Shown here: positions 34,170 through 44,696 of the stretch, piece after piece | How the letters are laid out: the number at the start of each line of letters is the position of its first letter | How positions within the stretch are numbered: the first letter of the stretch is position 1 | Source of the DNA: Polyangiaceae bacterium | GTDB lineage: Bacteria > Myxococcota_A > Polyangia > Polyangiales > Polyangiaceae | Length of the DNA: 64,000 bases | Direction of reading: 5' to 3' | Assembly (NCBI GenBank): GCA_044224495.1 | Contig: JBGAKG010000005.1 | Coordinates: 300,711-364,710 of the forward strand | Position numbers and translations under genes: made by a program | The notes under the pieces: model-generated | Databases searched by the model: none | Told to the model about the DNA's origin: nothing | Seen by the model: only the letters and a program-made list of their open reading frames with translations

Positions 34170-36017
34170 ATGCTTCGCCTCCCCCGCTCCGCCCCGGTCA
34201 TCGTCTCCGTCCTCGCGCTGGCGGTGCTCGCGTGCAGCGACGCATCCCATCGGCCAGCCGGCGGCTTCGGCTTCGAGTTCGATGCTGGGCCCTTCTCGCC
34301 TCCGTTCACCAAGGACGCCGGCTCCGTCGCGCAGCCGAACCTCTTCCCTCCCGTCCTCGGCGAGACGTCGGTCCCCGCCGTTCGTGCGCCCACCATCTTC
34401 GGCGGCACGCTGCTCGCTCTGGCCGACGGCACGCACGTCGTCGCAGCCGATCCCGACCGCGACCAGCTCTACGTCGTCGACCTCGCGGCGAAGAAGGTGA
34501 CCGCGACGGTCCCGACCGGCGCCGGAAGCCTCCCGTTCCGCGGCATCGAGAGCGCGCCCGGGGTCGTCCACTTCACGCTGCGCGGCACGGGCGAGGTCGT
34601 CACGGTCGACGCGTCCACGGGCGCGGTCCAGTGGCGCGCGAGCGCCTGCGCGGAGCCGCGCGGCATCACCTTCGACGGCGTGAAGCAGAGGCTCGCCGTC
34701 GCTTGCGAAGGCGGTGACATCGTCTCGCTCGCCGCCAGCGGCGGCGCGGTGGTCGCGACGCTCCACACGCCCGTGACGAGCGCACGCGACGTCTTCGTCG
34801 AGGGCGAAGGCTTCTGGATCAGCGACTTTCGAACCGCGAGGCTGAACCGCGTCGATGGAAACGGGACGGTCGTGCAGACGCTCGGCACTTCGAGGCCGGG
34901 TGGCGGCACCGACTTCGCGTGGCGCACGCGGCGCGTCGACGCGACGACGTTCGTGATGAGCCACCAGACGACGATGCTCGGGGCGGCCATCCCGACCTCG
35001 ACGCCCGGCGCCTACGGCGGCACGGTGACGAACGACTGCATCCCCAGCGCGTCGCTCGTGGGGGTCGCGGTCAGCGTCCTCCGAACGAACACGGTCGGCG
35101 AGTTCTACGAGGTCCCCTCGGGCACGCTTCCGGTCGACGTCGCCTACCGCAACGGCGACGTCACGCTCGTCATGGCCGGAAACTCGTGGCAGCCCGCGTT
35201 CCGCAAGGTGCAAACGTTCCAGCGCGGCTTCGGCGTCCCGTTCGAGTGCAACCCGAAGCCGCCCGTGATCACGGGCGAGCTCGTCGCGGCGGAGAGCACC
35301 ACGCTCGGCACGGTCGTCCAGAGCCGCGAACCGGCCGTGCTCGAGCTGCTCGGCCCGAACGGCGTCGCGGCTTCGATCGACCTCTCGGCGGTCTCGCGGC
35401 GCGACACAGGGTTGATCCTGTTCCACGCGAACTCGGGCCGCCACGTCGCGTGCGCCTCTTGTCACGCGGAGGGGGCCGACGACGCGCAGGTGTGGACCTT
35501 CCAGTCCGGCTCGACGGCGGCGAAGCGGCGCCGCACCCCCTCGCTCCGCGGCACGATCAAGGGCACGGCCCCGTACCACTGGGACGGCGAAGAGAAGGAC
35601 CTCCAGGCGCTCTTCGCCGACGTGCTCGTGAAGCGGATGGACGGCCCCACCCTGAATGCGGCCCAGACGGAGGCGTTCACGAGCTGGATCGAGGCCCTTC
35701 CCGCCCCCGTTCGTTCGCCGACCAACGATCTCGCGACCACCCGTGGCGCCGCGGTCTTCGCGGGCAAGGGAAAGTGCTCGACCTGCCACGGTGACGGAGG
35801 CGCGAAGCCCTCGAACGAGCTCTTCGACGTGGGCACGGGCGGAGAGCTGGGCGCGCCGTCGCTCGTCGGCGTCTCGCTCCGATTCCCGCTCATGCACGAC
35901 GGCTGCGCCACCACGTTCGCGGACCGCTTCACGCCCGCGTGCGGCGGCTGGGCGCACGGCGGCGCGCTGACGCCGAGCGAGACGTCCGACGTCACCGCCT
36001 ACCTGAAGTCGCTCTGA
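34170..36017 (+). CDS. lipoprotein with C-terminal di-heme cytochrome c peroxidase domain (tandem paralog)
   Basis: LAVLACSD lipobox, CASCH and CSTCH. About 60% identical to the previous gene. Confidence 0.75.
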   Translation: MLRLPRSAPVIVSVLALAVLACSDASHRPAGGFGFEFDAGPFSPPFTKDAGSVAQPNLFPPVLGETSVPAVRAPTIFGGTLLALADGTHVVAADPDRDQLYVVDLAAKKVTATVPTGAGSLPFRGIESAPGVVHFTLRGTGEVVTVDASTGAVQWRASACAEPRGITFDGVKQRLAVACEGGDIVSLAASGGAVVATLHTPVTSARDVFVEGEGFWISDFRTARLNRVDGNGTVVQTLGTSRPGGGTDFAWRTRRVDATTFVMSHQTTMLGAAIPTSTPGAYGGTVTNDCIPSASLVGVAVSVLRTNTVGEFYEVPSGTLPVDVAYRNGDVTLVMAGNSWQPAFRKVQTFQRGFGVPFECNPKPPVITGELVAAESTTLGTVVQSREPAVLELLGPNGVAASIDLSAVSRRDTGLILFHANSGRHVACASCHAEGADDAQVWTFQSGSTAAKRRRTPSLRGTIKGTAPYHWDGEEKDLQALFADVLVKRMDGPTLNAAQTEAFTSWIEALPAPVRSPTNDLATTRGAAVFAGKGKCSTCHGDGGAKPSNELFDVGTGGELGAPSLVGVSLRFPLMHDGCATTFADRFTPACGGWAHGGALTPSETSDVTAYLKSL

Positions 36018-36024
36018 GCGCGCT

Positions 36025-36618
36025 CTACATCGCGCGCAGCGTCTTGCAGGCGTCGGGCGGCGTCGTCGGCCGCCCTTCGTCGTAGCTGGCCTCGCACGCG
36101 ATGAGCATGGTCCCGCGCTTGACGACGGAGTACGCGTAGATGTTGCCGGTCGTCCCCTTCACCGACTCCTTGCGGAGCGAGAAGAAGCCGTTCCCGTCGG
36201 AGATGTCCTCGTGGGAGACGTTCTTCAGCACGTCGGTCTCCACCATGTCCTGCTTCTTGATGTCGTCGAAGGTGAACGCGTACGAGGAGCTCGGGGTCCA
36301 GTACTTGACGACGAAGGTGTCGCCCGCCTCGTTGTCGAAGCTGTCCTCCATCCCCGTGGCGGTCTTCTTCGTCTCCTTCGGCGGCGTGTAGCCAGTGGGC
36401 AGCTTCACGCAGTAGATGCCGGCAGCGTCCTTGTAGGCGCCGTCGACGCAGCTACTCGTCTTCGCTCCCGTGGTGGCAGCCGCGGTGGCAGCCGTGGTGC
36501 CAGCCGCAGTGGCCGACGCGCCCGTCGTCGTGGTCGTCGCCCCGTCCTTCTTGCTGCACGCCGCGGCCATCGCCACCAAGAAGAGCGCAGCGATCCCTCG
36601 CAGAGATTGGTTCGTCAT
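36025..36618 (-). CDS. hypothetical lipoprotein
   Basis: Lipobox AAACS followed by a Thr/Ala-rich linker. Confidence 0.55.
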   Translation of the reverse strand: MTNQSLRGIAALFLVAMAAACSKKDGATTTTTGASATAAGTTAATAAATTGAKTSSCVDGAYKDAAGIYCVKLPTGYTPPKETKKTATGMEDSFDNEAGDTFVVKYWTPSSSYAFTFDDIKKQDMVETDVLKNVSHEDISDGNGFFSLRKESVKGTTGNIYAYSVVKRGTMLIACEASYDEGRPTTPPDACKTLRAM

Positions 36619-36657
36619 GCAGTGGGACTATCCGCACGAGGCCCACGGTGGCCATGG

Positions 36658-37287
36658 TCATCTAGGAGACGCGGACGGCATCGTGATGTCGGGCGGGCGC
36701 ACGTAGAGCGGCTCCAGCGCGTCGACGTCGTCCGGCGTCCGCCCCCGCGCGAGCGCTCCAATCGTCGCCGCGCGCGGGACGTCGTTCGGGGCGCTCGAGA
36801 GCACGCGAACGCCCTCCATCTCGAGCGCGCGCGCCGGCTCGCCGACCGCGAGCGCGAGCCCTTGCGCGCGGACCCGCTCGCGCACGGTCTCGAGCGACGC
36901 GTGCCCCGGCTCGCCGCCGCCGATCCGGAAGAACACCTCGCCCTTGCCGGCGTCGATCAGGCTCACGCAGGGCTCGGTCAGGCCGCGCTCGAGCGCGTCG
37001 AAGCCGTTCACGGCGACCACCTCGGCGCCCGTCGCGATCGCGATCCCCTTCACCGTCGCCACCGCCACGCGCGTCCCCGTGAACGAACCCGGGCCGATCC
37101 CGACCGCCCAGCGCGCGACGTCGGCCGGCGCCCAACCGAGCTCGCGGAAGAGGTCGTCGAGCAACCCGACGAGCGACTCGCCGTGCGCGTTGCGCACGGA
37201 CGACGAGCGCTCGGCGACCAACCGGTCGTCCTCCAAGGCGGCGATCGTCCCAAGTTGGGACGAGGTATCGATCGCCACGAGCTTCAT
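36658..37287 (-). CDS. tsaB: tRNA threonylcarbamoyladenosine biosynthesis protein TsaB
   Basis: MKLVAIDTSS...GIGPGSFTGTRVAVATVKG. Confidence 0.7.
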   Translation of the reverse strand: MKLVAIDTSSQLGTIAALEDDRLVAERSSSVRNAHGESLVGLLDDLFRELGWAPADVARWAVGIGPGSFTGTRVAVATVKGIAIATGAEVVAVNGFDALERGLTEPCVSLIDAGKGEVFFRIGGGEPGHASLETVRERVRAQGLALAVGEPARALEMEGVRVLSSAPNDVPRAATIGALARGRTPDDVDALEPLYVRPPDITMPSASPR

Positions 37288-37309
37288 GCTCGCAGGCATC
37301 CGCCGACCG

Positions 37310-38485
37310 TCACAGCTGCGCGAAGCGGCCGCTGCGGAACGCCGCCTCGAGGAGCTGGTCGACGCGCCGCACGAGCTCCGGCGCGCGCGGGTCGCTCGAA
37401 GCGCCGAGCGCCGCCTTGATCTCGTTGAGCGCCTTGAGCTGGCTGAAGAGCTGGACGTCGCCGAGCCCACCCGCACCGGTGAGCACCTGGCGGACGCGGT
37501 CGATCTCGGCGGCGAGCGCCTCGATCCCGATCCCCAGCGCACCGACCCGGCGCGCGTTCGGGTGATCGCGGAAGTGGGCTTCGAGGACCGGCGAGACGAT
37601 CGCCTCGAGGATCGCCGCCTGATCCTCGTTGTTCCAGATGTGCTTGAGCACGAAGAAATCGCTCGCATCCGGCGCCTGCCGGTTGTCGAGGAACGCGCTC
37701 GCGGCGAAGAGCTTGAGCAGCTTCACGACGCGGCGGTCGGAGAGGCTCACGCCCTCGGCGCGGATCTGGAAGACGAGCCCCTTGTACTGGGAGAAGAACT
37801 CCTCCGAGAACTTCATCCGCTGGCCGAAGCCGCGGTGGAGCTCGCCGAACTCCTTCGCCGCAGCGAGCGGTTGGATCGGCTGCTGGAGCACGCCCTGGAC
37901 CTCGTTCATCAGGCCCTTCTGGAGGAGATCCTGGAAGTGGTAGGCATCGAGATTGTCGCTCCGGATCCGGAGCAGGAAGCGGTCGAAGATCGCGGTGAGC
38001 GTCTCGTCGGAGGGGACCTCGTTCGAGGCCCCGAAGCACGACAGAATCGGGCAGCGCAAGACCTGCCCGCCGCTGGTGTAGACGCGCTCGTTCAGGAGCG
38101 TGAGGAGCGCGTTGAGGATCGCGGAGTTCGACTTGAAGACCTCGTCGAGGAAGACGACCTCGGCCTCCGGCAGCATGTTCTCGGTCCGACGCACGTAGCG
38201 GCCTTCGCGGAAGGCGGCGATGTCGACCGGGCCGAAGATCTCGTTCGGCTCCGTGAAGCGCGTGAGGAGGTACTCGAAGTAGCGCGCCTGGATCAGCTTG
38301 GAGAACGTGCGGATCAACGCGGACTTCGCCGTGCCGGGCGGCCCGATGAGGACCGCGTGCTCGCCAGCGACGACCGCGATCAGGAGCAGTCGGATGACCT
38401 CTTCCTTGCCGAGGAAGCGCCCCTCGAGGTTCTGCGCGATGAGGGCGAGACGGTTGTTGAGCGGGAGCGCCTGCTGCTGGGTCAT
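37310..38485 (-). CDS. MoxR/RavA-like AAA+ ATPase
   Basis: GPPGTAKS and VFLDEV. Start overlaps the stop of the Nudix gene (ATGA). Confidence 0.7.
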   Translation of the reverse strand: MTQQQALPLNNRLALIAQNLEGRFLGKEEVIRLLLIAVVAGEHAVLIGPPGTAKSALIRTFSKLIQARYFEYLLTRFTEPNEIFGPVDIAAFREGRYVRRTENMLPEAEVVFLDEVFKSNSAILNALLTLLNERVYTSGGQVLRCPILSCFGASNEVPSDETLTAIFDRFLLRIRSDNLDAYHFQDLLQKGLMNEVQGVLQQPIQPLAAAKEFGELHRGFGQRMKFSEEFFSQYKGLVFQIRAEGVSLSDRRVVKLLKLFAASAFLDNRQAPDASDFFVLKHIWNNEDQAAILEAIVSPVLEAHFRDHPNARRVGALGIGIEALAAEIDRVRQVLTGAGGLGDVQLFSQLKALNEIKAALGASSDPRAPELVRRVDQLLEAAFRSGRFAQL

Positions 38486-39198
38486 GAGCCGCGCGAGGCT
38501 ACCACGGATCGATAGAGGGCCGCCGGCTTCGAGCCCGTGCGCCGCTTTCCCGCCGCGGGTGCGACGACGCCGTCTTCGAGCATGCGCTGGAAGCGACGCC
38601 GGAAGTTCCCCGGGTCGAGCGCGCGCCCCGTGATCGCACCGAACGTCGCGCGGAGCTCGGGGATCGTGAACGGGCTCGGCGCGAGGTGGAACCCCACCGC
38701 CGACCGATCGAGCTCGGCGACGATCTTCGCGTGCGCCGCGCGCGCGATGGACTCGTGGTCGAACGCGAGCGCCACCTTGCCCTCCGCGACTTCGGCGAAG
38801 CCGACCCAGAGCGCCGCGGACGCGTCCCCACCGCCGCGAACGCGCGGCACGAGCTCGGGCCTCACCAGCGCCGCGTACGCGACCGCGATGACGCGCATGC
38901 GCGGATCGCGACCGGCGCGCCCGAACGCGCCGACCTGCTCGAGCCACACCTCGTCGGGAGAGAGACCCGTCTCCTCCGTGAGCTCGCGCCGCGCGGCGGC
39001 GTCGAGATCTTCGCCCTGCTCCCGCAGCGACGCGCCGTCCCCGACGACGCGGAGGAACCCGCCCGGGAGCGCGAGCTCGCCTTTGAACGGGGCTTCGCCG
39101 CGGCGCACGACGAGCAGGCGAAGCTCGCCCCGCTCGACCGTGAGCACCACCACGTCGACCGCCACGGCGGGGCGCGGGAAGTCCTGGAGCCGTTTCAT
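38482..39198 (-). CDS. nrtR: Nudix hydrolase-domain regulator (NrtR-like)
   Basis: Nudix box GGFLRVVGDGASLREQGEDLDAAARRELTEETGL plus a C-terminal winged-helix-like region. Lies downstream of pncA and pncB. Confidence 0.65.
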   Translation of the reverse strand: MKRLQDFPRPAVAVDVVVLTVERGELRLLVVRRGEAPFKGELALPGGFLRVVGDGASLREQGEDLDAAARRELTEETGLSPDEVWLEQVGAFGRAGRDPRMRVIAVAYAALVRPELVPRVRGGGDASAALWVGFAEVAEGKVALAFDHESIARAAHAKIVAELDRSAVGFHLAPSPFTIPELRATFGAITGRALDPGNFRRRFQRMLEDGVVAPAAGKRRTGSKPAALYRSVVASRGS

Positions 39199-39215
39199 GC
39201 GCTCTCCCCCGCCGC

Positions 39216-40187
39216 TCAGATCGGCTCGTTCGTCGTGACGACGTTCATTCCGAACGCGGCGAGCTCTTCGAACGCAGCCTCCGCGATCGCCGGGAAATCG
39301 AGCTCCGGCGGGAGCGGGTCGATCGGCGGCGGCGGGACCGGGCTCATCGCGTCCCGCAGGATGTAGATCCGCCGTGCGAGCGCGCGATCGGTCTTCTCGA
39401 TCCGCGCGCGGAGGTCGAGCAGCGTCGAGAGCACGCAGTGGGACTTCGCCTGCCCGAAGACGTAGACGCGGTCGTGCGACATGAGCGTCTCGAAGAGCCG
39501 CTCGTCGAACGAGCCCACCGGGGTACCGGCGACCTCCTGCACTTCCGGGGACAGCACCGAGAAGTTCTCGGTCCACGGGTGCTCGCCTTTGGTGACGAAG
39601 ATCGTCGGCGTCTGACGCGCGGTCGCGTGGAACAGCGAGAGCTCCATGAGCTGCGGCACCAGCGCGCTGGACAGCCCGCCGCGGAGCGCGTGGAACGGCC
39701 AGATCGTGAGCACGTACTTGCCGCTCGCTTCGAGCCGTTCGACGTAGTCGAGCGCGGCGTCCTCGTCGATCGCCTGCGCCGCGCGCCAGCGCCCGAACCG
39801 GACGTCGCGCTCGCGGATGACGGTGAACGGTGCGGGCATGCCGCCCTCGGCGCCGCGCCAGAACGACGGGTGGAAGATCTGGTGGGCGCGGTGCGTGTCG
39901 AGCGAGAGTACGAGTGTCGTGATCCGCTCGAGGTGACGGTAGAGGAACCGCAGCGCACGCTCCGTGTCGAGCACCGCACCCGGCACGAACAGGCTTCCCT
40001 GCGGGAGCGCGAACGCGACCTGCACGTCGATCCCGAACGCGCAGATGCGCTGCTCGTCGCTCGCGGCGGGGGTCACGCCCTCTTCCTCGGCCCAGGCGAC
40101 CGCAGCGTCGGCGATCGCCCCCGCCCGCTCGACGTAGAGCTCTCCAATGGGCCGGTCGAATGCGAACGCGGGAACGTCTTCCATCAC
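39216..40187 (-). CDS. pncA: isochorismatase-family protein, probable nicotinamidase
   Basis: GIDVQVAF, LDTH and SHCVLS. Starts MEDVPAF at 40187 with AAGGAGG 7 nt upstream. The 743-aa ORF is an upstream junk extension. Confidence 0.65.
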   Translation of the reverse strand: MMEDVPAFAFDRPIGELYVERAGAIADAAVAWAEEEGVTPAASDEQRICAFGIDVQVAFALPQGSLFVPGAVLDTERALRFLYRHLERITTLVLSLDTHRAHQIFHPSFWRGAEGGMPAPFTVIRERDVRFGRWRAAQAIDEDAALDYVERLEASGKYVLTIWPFHALRGGLSSALVPQLMELSLFHATARQTPTIFVTKGEHPWTENFSVLSPEVQEVAGTPVGSFDERLFETLMSHDRVYVFGQAKSHCVLSTLLDLRARIEKTDRALARRIYILRDAMSPVPPPPIDPLPPELDFPAIAEAAFEELAAFGMNVVTTNEPI

Positions 40188-41623
40188 GACACCTCCTTGG
40201 TGCTCGCTTCTTCGATCACGCGGGTGCGCCGCGCCTCGCACGACGCGACGAGCGCGGCGGTCGCGGCGCTGGGCGCGGTGGTCGCCCCGGCCGGCGGCGT
40301 CGGCGCCGGATCGCGCTCCGCGCCGCTGAGGAGCGCGTACCCGTCCGGGATCGCCTCGCCCGCCTGCCCCACGAGCCCCCAGGGCCCTTCGCCGCGGACG
40401 CGGCGGAACACGACCGGCCGTCCGGGGACGCTGCGCTTGCCGGCGTCGTCCGAGAACTTCATCACCGCCATCGTACCAGATTGGGACAACTTGTAGACGG
40501 CCGCGACCCGATCGCGGCCGAGCGCGGCCCGCCCGACCAGGTGCCCGCCGTACCCGTAGTAGAGCCGCTCCGGAGGCAACCCGAGCTCGGCGCGGAGCCG
40601 CTCGAAGCGCACGGTGAGCTCGAGGTCGAACCCGTCTTCGAGGATGTGGACGGGCGCGAGGCCGCGCGCTCCCGCGAGCGCGTGAACGGCGCGGAGCTGC
40701 GCTTCTTTTTCGCCCGAGTCGTAGCGAACCGAGTCGCCCGCCCCCGGATCGTCCGCCATCACGCGCAGCGCCGAAGGGATGCCGGAGCGCAGCGTGTCGA
40801 ACGTGTCGAGGAGGAAGCTCGAGCGCTGCGGGCGCCGCTCCTTCATCGCGCGGAACGCGGCTTCGTCGGCGCCGAAGCGCTGGACGTGCTCGTGCCCCAT
40901 CGTGCCCACCGCGAGCATCCCGAGCTCTTTCGCCAGCGCGACGTGGCTCGTGCGGCGGACGCCGGCGGCGAGGCAGCCCTCGAGCACGAGCCGGTGCTGC
41001 TCGATGCACGTGGCCGCGCGCATGCCGACCTCGAAGACGCGGTCGCCCGTCCCGAGCGCCCCGACCAGCGCGGCCGCACGTGCACGCGCACCGTCGCGGT
41101 ACGCGTCGGGAGCGGGCGCCATCGCCGGCGCGTCCACGCCGAGCGCGTCGAGGACCTCGCGCACGAGCTCCGCCTCGCGCGCGCACGTCGGCTCGCGGAC
41201 GCCGGCGGCGAGCGCGTCGCGATCGGTGCGCGCGAGCGTCGCGACCTGCGCGCGGAACGCCCACATGAGCACCTGCGGCTCGAGCCACGACACGAGCGCC
41301 GAGGGCCCCGTGATCGAGAAGATGGGCTCGCCCGGGAGGTACCAGGCGCCGCGCGGGATGCTCGTGATCGCGACGTCGGCGGCGCGGCCCATCGCGGCGC
41401 GGAAGCCGTCGCCCATCGGGTAGCCCAAGCGCGCGAGCTCGGACCACGTCGACTCGTCGGGACCGACCGACGGCAGGAGCGCCCGCACCGCGCGCTCGGT
41501 ATCGAGCGGCCAGATGCCCGGGCCACCGCGCCGGTGCGTGTAGTAAAAAGTTTCGCGCCGGAGGGGGTACCCTGCCTCGGCCATGCTGAGCTTGTACCCG
41601 TCGGTTCGTGCGAGCTCGCTCAT
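40184..41623 (-). CDS. pncB: nicotinate phosphoribosyltransferase
   Basis: MSELARTDGYKLSMAEAGY N-terminus is typical of NAPRTase. Alternative start at 41638. Confidence 0.75.
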   Translation of the reverse strand: MSELARTDGYKLSMAEAGYPLRRETFYYTHRRGGPGIWPLDTERAVRALLPSVGPDESTWSELARLGYPMGDGFRAAMGRAADVAITSIPRGAWYLPGEPIFSITGPSALVSWLEPQVLMWAFRAQVATLARTDRDALAAGVREPTCAREAELVREVLDALGVDAPAMAPAPDAYRDGARARAAALVGALGTGDRVFEVGMRAATCIEQHRLVLEGCLAAGVRRTSHVALAKELGMLAVGTMGHEHVQRFGADEAAFRAMKERRPQRSSFLLDTFDTLRSGIPSALRVMADDPGAGDSVRYDSGEKEAQLRAVHALAGARGLAPVHILEDGFDLELTVRFERLRAELGLPPERLYYGYGGHLVGRAALGRDRVAAVYKLSQSGTMAVMKFSDDAGKRSVPGRPVVFRRVRGEGPWGLVGQAGEAIPDGYALLSGAERDPAPTPPAGATTAPSAATAALVASCEARRTRVIEEASTKEVS

Positions 41624-41639
41624 GCGGGAATCCTGCATC

Positions 41640-41673
41640 CGCGAGAAAGAGTCGTCAAGACTCTTTCTCGCGC
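41640..41673. promoter_or_regulatory. perfect 14-bp inverted repeat with 5-nt spacer (candidate NrtR operator or 5'-UTR hairpin) upstream of pncB
   Basis: CGCGAGAAAGAGTC-GTCAA-GACTCTTTCTCGCG lies within 20 bp of the pncB start. Also in the divergent region to the small ORF at 41736. Confidence 0.5.
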
Positions 41674-41735
41674 GTGGCGGCGCGTCGTAGCGTGTCGCCT
41701 CGCCTTTCGTCCGTTCTCCCCTTATACAGAAGGCC

Positions 41736-41990
41736 ATGGCGAATCGCGCGCAGTCCACGCGTCTCAGCATCGTTCGGACCGCGCTGCAGGACATCGTGGA
41801 GCGCTTGAGCGAGATGCCGCTCACGCAAGAGGTCCGTGAGCTTCGCATCCAAGCCGCCGCTTACACGCGCTTGGTGCGGAGCTGGGACGTGACCCCTCCG
41901 TCCGAGGAGACCCGCGGCGACATGATGAAGAAGGTCCTCGACCTGAACGTGAAGGTTATCGCGCTCAATCGCGAGAAGCCGGCGCCGTGA
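41736..41990 (+). CDS. small hypothetical protein (84 aa)
   Basis: ORF from the track. Stop overlaps the Rieske gene start. Confidence 0.4.
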   Translation: MANRAQSTRLSIVRTALQDIVERLSEMPLTQEVRELRIQAAAYTRLVRSWDVTPPSEETRGDMMKKVLDLNVKVIALNREKPAP

Positions 41991-43015
41991 TCCCGCTGAT
42001 CGACCAGTCCCCACTCGCGCGTTTCTTCCACCCCGTCCTCCCGGCGCGAAAGCTCCGGAAGGCACCGGTTCGGGTGGAGGTCGCGGGCCGCGCCTTCGCG
42101 CTCTATCGGGACGCCACCGGGCGCGCTCGCGGCGTGGTCGACCGTTGCCCGCACCGGTTCGCGCCCTTGTCGAAGGGCACGGTGGATGCGAAGGGGCGGA
42201 TCGTCTGCCCGTACCACGGCTGGTCCTTCGACGCGGAGGGGCGCGGCACGAGCCCGTCGCAGCCGGAGCTCTCCAAGTGCGACGTGGGCACGATCGAGGT
42301 CGTCGAGCGCGACGCGTACCTCTGGATCGGCGAGCGGACCGCGCAGCCGATGCGGCCGTTCGAGATGGACGGGTACCGCTTCTGCGGCGCGTTCGCGGTC
42401 CGCTTCGAGGCGCCGCTCCACGTGGCGTTCGACAACTTCTCGGAGGACGAGCACACGCCCTTCGTCCACACTCGCCTCGGCTGGGAGGCGAACGACTGCG
42501 GTGCGCTCGGCTTCTCGGCGGAGAACCACCCCGATCGCACCGTCGTGCACTACCACGGGCCGCAGCGCCCGAGCCGCGTCGCGCGGCTCTTCGGCATTCG
42601 TCCGGGGGACGTGTTCCACAACGATTGGGTCACGCGCTTCGAGCCGGTCCACACGGTCTACACGACGCAGTGGCGCGATCCGCGCACGGACGTGGTGCGG
42701 CCGATGTCGATCCGGAGCCCGATCTATTTCGTGCCCGAGACGGAGCGCACGACGTGGCTGCACACCTTCGTGTTCGCGCGCCTGACGGATCCGACGTTGG
42801 AGCGCCTCTTCCCGCTGCTGCGCCACGTCGCGACGGCGGTGGCGTGGGGCGAGATCCGCGACGACGCGAAGTTCATCCCGACGGTGAAGTACACGCCGAA
42901 GGATCTGCGAGGGATGCGGCTCGGGAAGTACGACAAGCCGATCATCCACAATCACAAGTTGCTTCAGCGGCTGTATTGGGGTCTTGGCGAGTCCACGACG
43001 ACAGCAGACGCGTAG
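41987..43015 (+). CDS. Rieske [2Fe-2S] domain non-heme iron oxygenase
   Basis: CPHRF...CPYHGWSF Rieske motif. 342 aa. Confidence 0.8.
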   Translation: MIPLIDQSPLARFFHPVLPARKLRKAPVRVEVAGRAFALYRDATGRARGVVDRCPHRFAPLSKGTVDAKGRIVCPYHGWSFDAEGRGTSPSQPELSKCDVGTIEVVERDAYLWIGERTAQPMRPFEMDGYRFCGAFAVRFEAPLHVAFDNFSEDEHTPFVHTRLGWEANDCGALGFSAENHPDRTVVHYHGPQRPSRVARLFGIRPGDVFHNDWVTRFEPVHTVYTTQWRDPRTDVVRPMSIRSPIYFVPETERTTWLHTFVFARLTDPTLERLFPLLRHVATAVAWGEIRDDAKFIPTVKYTPKDLRGMRLGKYDKPIIHNHKLLQRLYWGLGESTTTADA

Positions 43016-43470
43016 ACATCGACCTGCCCTGCGCGTGCGCATGCCCCTGCCCGCCGGGCAGCTCGCGTACACGCCGGCTAGCGCGAACCTGCCCATGCGC
43101 ATGCGCATGCCCCTGCCCGCCGGGCAGCTCGCGTAGACGCCCGCTTCGGGACATGGCGAAGGGTTCGTCCTCGCGCCTTGGTAGGTCCTCGCTCGGGAGG
43201 AGGAGTGGGAGGGGACCAACCCGTCGCTCCGCAAACCTCTCCCTCTCCCTCTCCTCCTCCCGAGCGACGACCCACCAGCTCGGAAGAATCCACACAACCA
43301 GCTCGCGTGGATGTCCGGCCTGGGAGAAACCTGCCCATGCGCATGCGCATGCCCCTGCCCGCCGGGCAGCTCGCGTGGACGCCCGCTTCGGGGCAAGGCA
43401 AGGACAAGGGCAAGGGCAAGGGCAATGGGAGCGCGAGCGTCCGTTCACGACTTGCCATCACGTCCTTTCG
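43016..43470. repeat. complex repeat array (R1 GCATGC/palindrome units, long-hairpin R3 unit, GCAAGG microsatellite)
   Basis: Three R1 copies (43021, 43087, 43330) each with near-palindrome CTGCCCGCCGGGCAG. R3 unit with a 16-bp perfect stem (CGCTCGGGAGGAGGAG/CTCCTCCTCCCGAGCG) and (CCTCT)n. (GCAAGG)n at 43392-43430. Confidence 0.7.
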
Positions 43471-43474
43471 CTCC

Positions 43475-44038
43475 ATGAGCTCGCCCGTCGTCGACCGCAC
43501 CACCGTCCTCCGCGAATGGCTCGCTGCCGCGCCGTTGCTCGCACCCGAGTGGAAGGAGCCGGTCGAGCGCGAGACCGTCCGATGGGTCCGCCGCGCGCGC
43601 GTGCTCGCCTTGCTCGAAGCTTTCCAGCTCGGCACGCCCGACGCTTTCGAGAACGGCCAGTTCCTGGCGGGTGCGGTGCGCGAGCGTTACGCCAAGACGT
43701 CGGCGCTGATGGAGAAGCACGAAGGCCGCCATCGCGCGGCGTCGTCGATGGTGCCGCCGCGCTTGTTCTGGTGGCTTCTCGGCTACCGTCGAGAAGCGGA
43801 GCGACTGCTCACGTTTCACGACGGGCTGCTCGAAGCGGGAATCGACGGTGTCTTCCAGGGCGTCGCCGTGACGCTAGCGGCGACGGAGCAGGCGCGAGGC
43901 TCGGTGGCGGAGATCGACGAGCTCCTCCTCGAGATGATCTCGCCCGACGACCGCAAGCTGCGGGGCGATGCGATCGAAGGTTGGCCGGACGCCGACCTGG
44001 AGGTGCTCCGGCGGCGGGAGGTTTGGGGGGACTGGTGA
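43475..44038 (+). CDS. orphan hypothetical protein embedded between repeat arrays
   Basis: ATG at 43475 in the frame of ORF 43178..44038. Non-repetitive 187 aa. Confidence 0.45.
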   Translation: MSSPVVDRTTVLREWLAAAPLLAPEWKEPVERETVRWVRRARVLALLEAFQLGTPDAFENGQFLAGAVRERYAKTSALMEKHEGRHRAASSMVPPRLFWWLLGYRREAERLLTFHDGLLEAGIDGVFQGVAVTLAATEQARGSVAEIDELLLEMISPDDRKLRGDAIEGWPDADLEVLRRREVWGDW

Positions 44039-44640
<602 letters not shown>

Positions 44641-44696
44641 TTCATGGGGCGCACTCTGGCATGCGCCGTGCTCTCTTGTCGGGCGAGGTACGACAT

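Noticed and set aside
39216-41447. 743-aa ORF as a single gene
   Set aside because: The upstream 420 aa are Arg-rich and overlap pncB in another frame. The real pncA-like gene starts at MEDVPAF (40187), which has a strong RBS.
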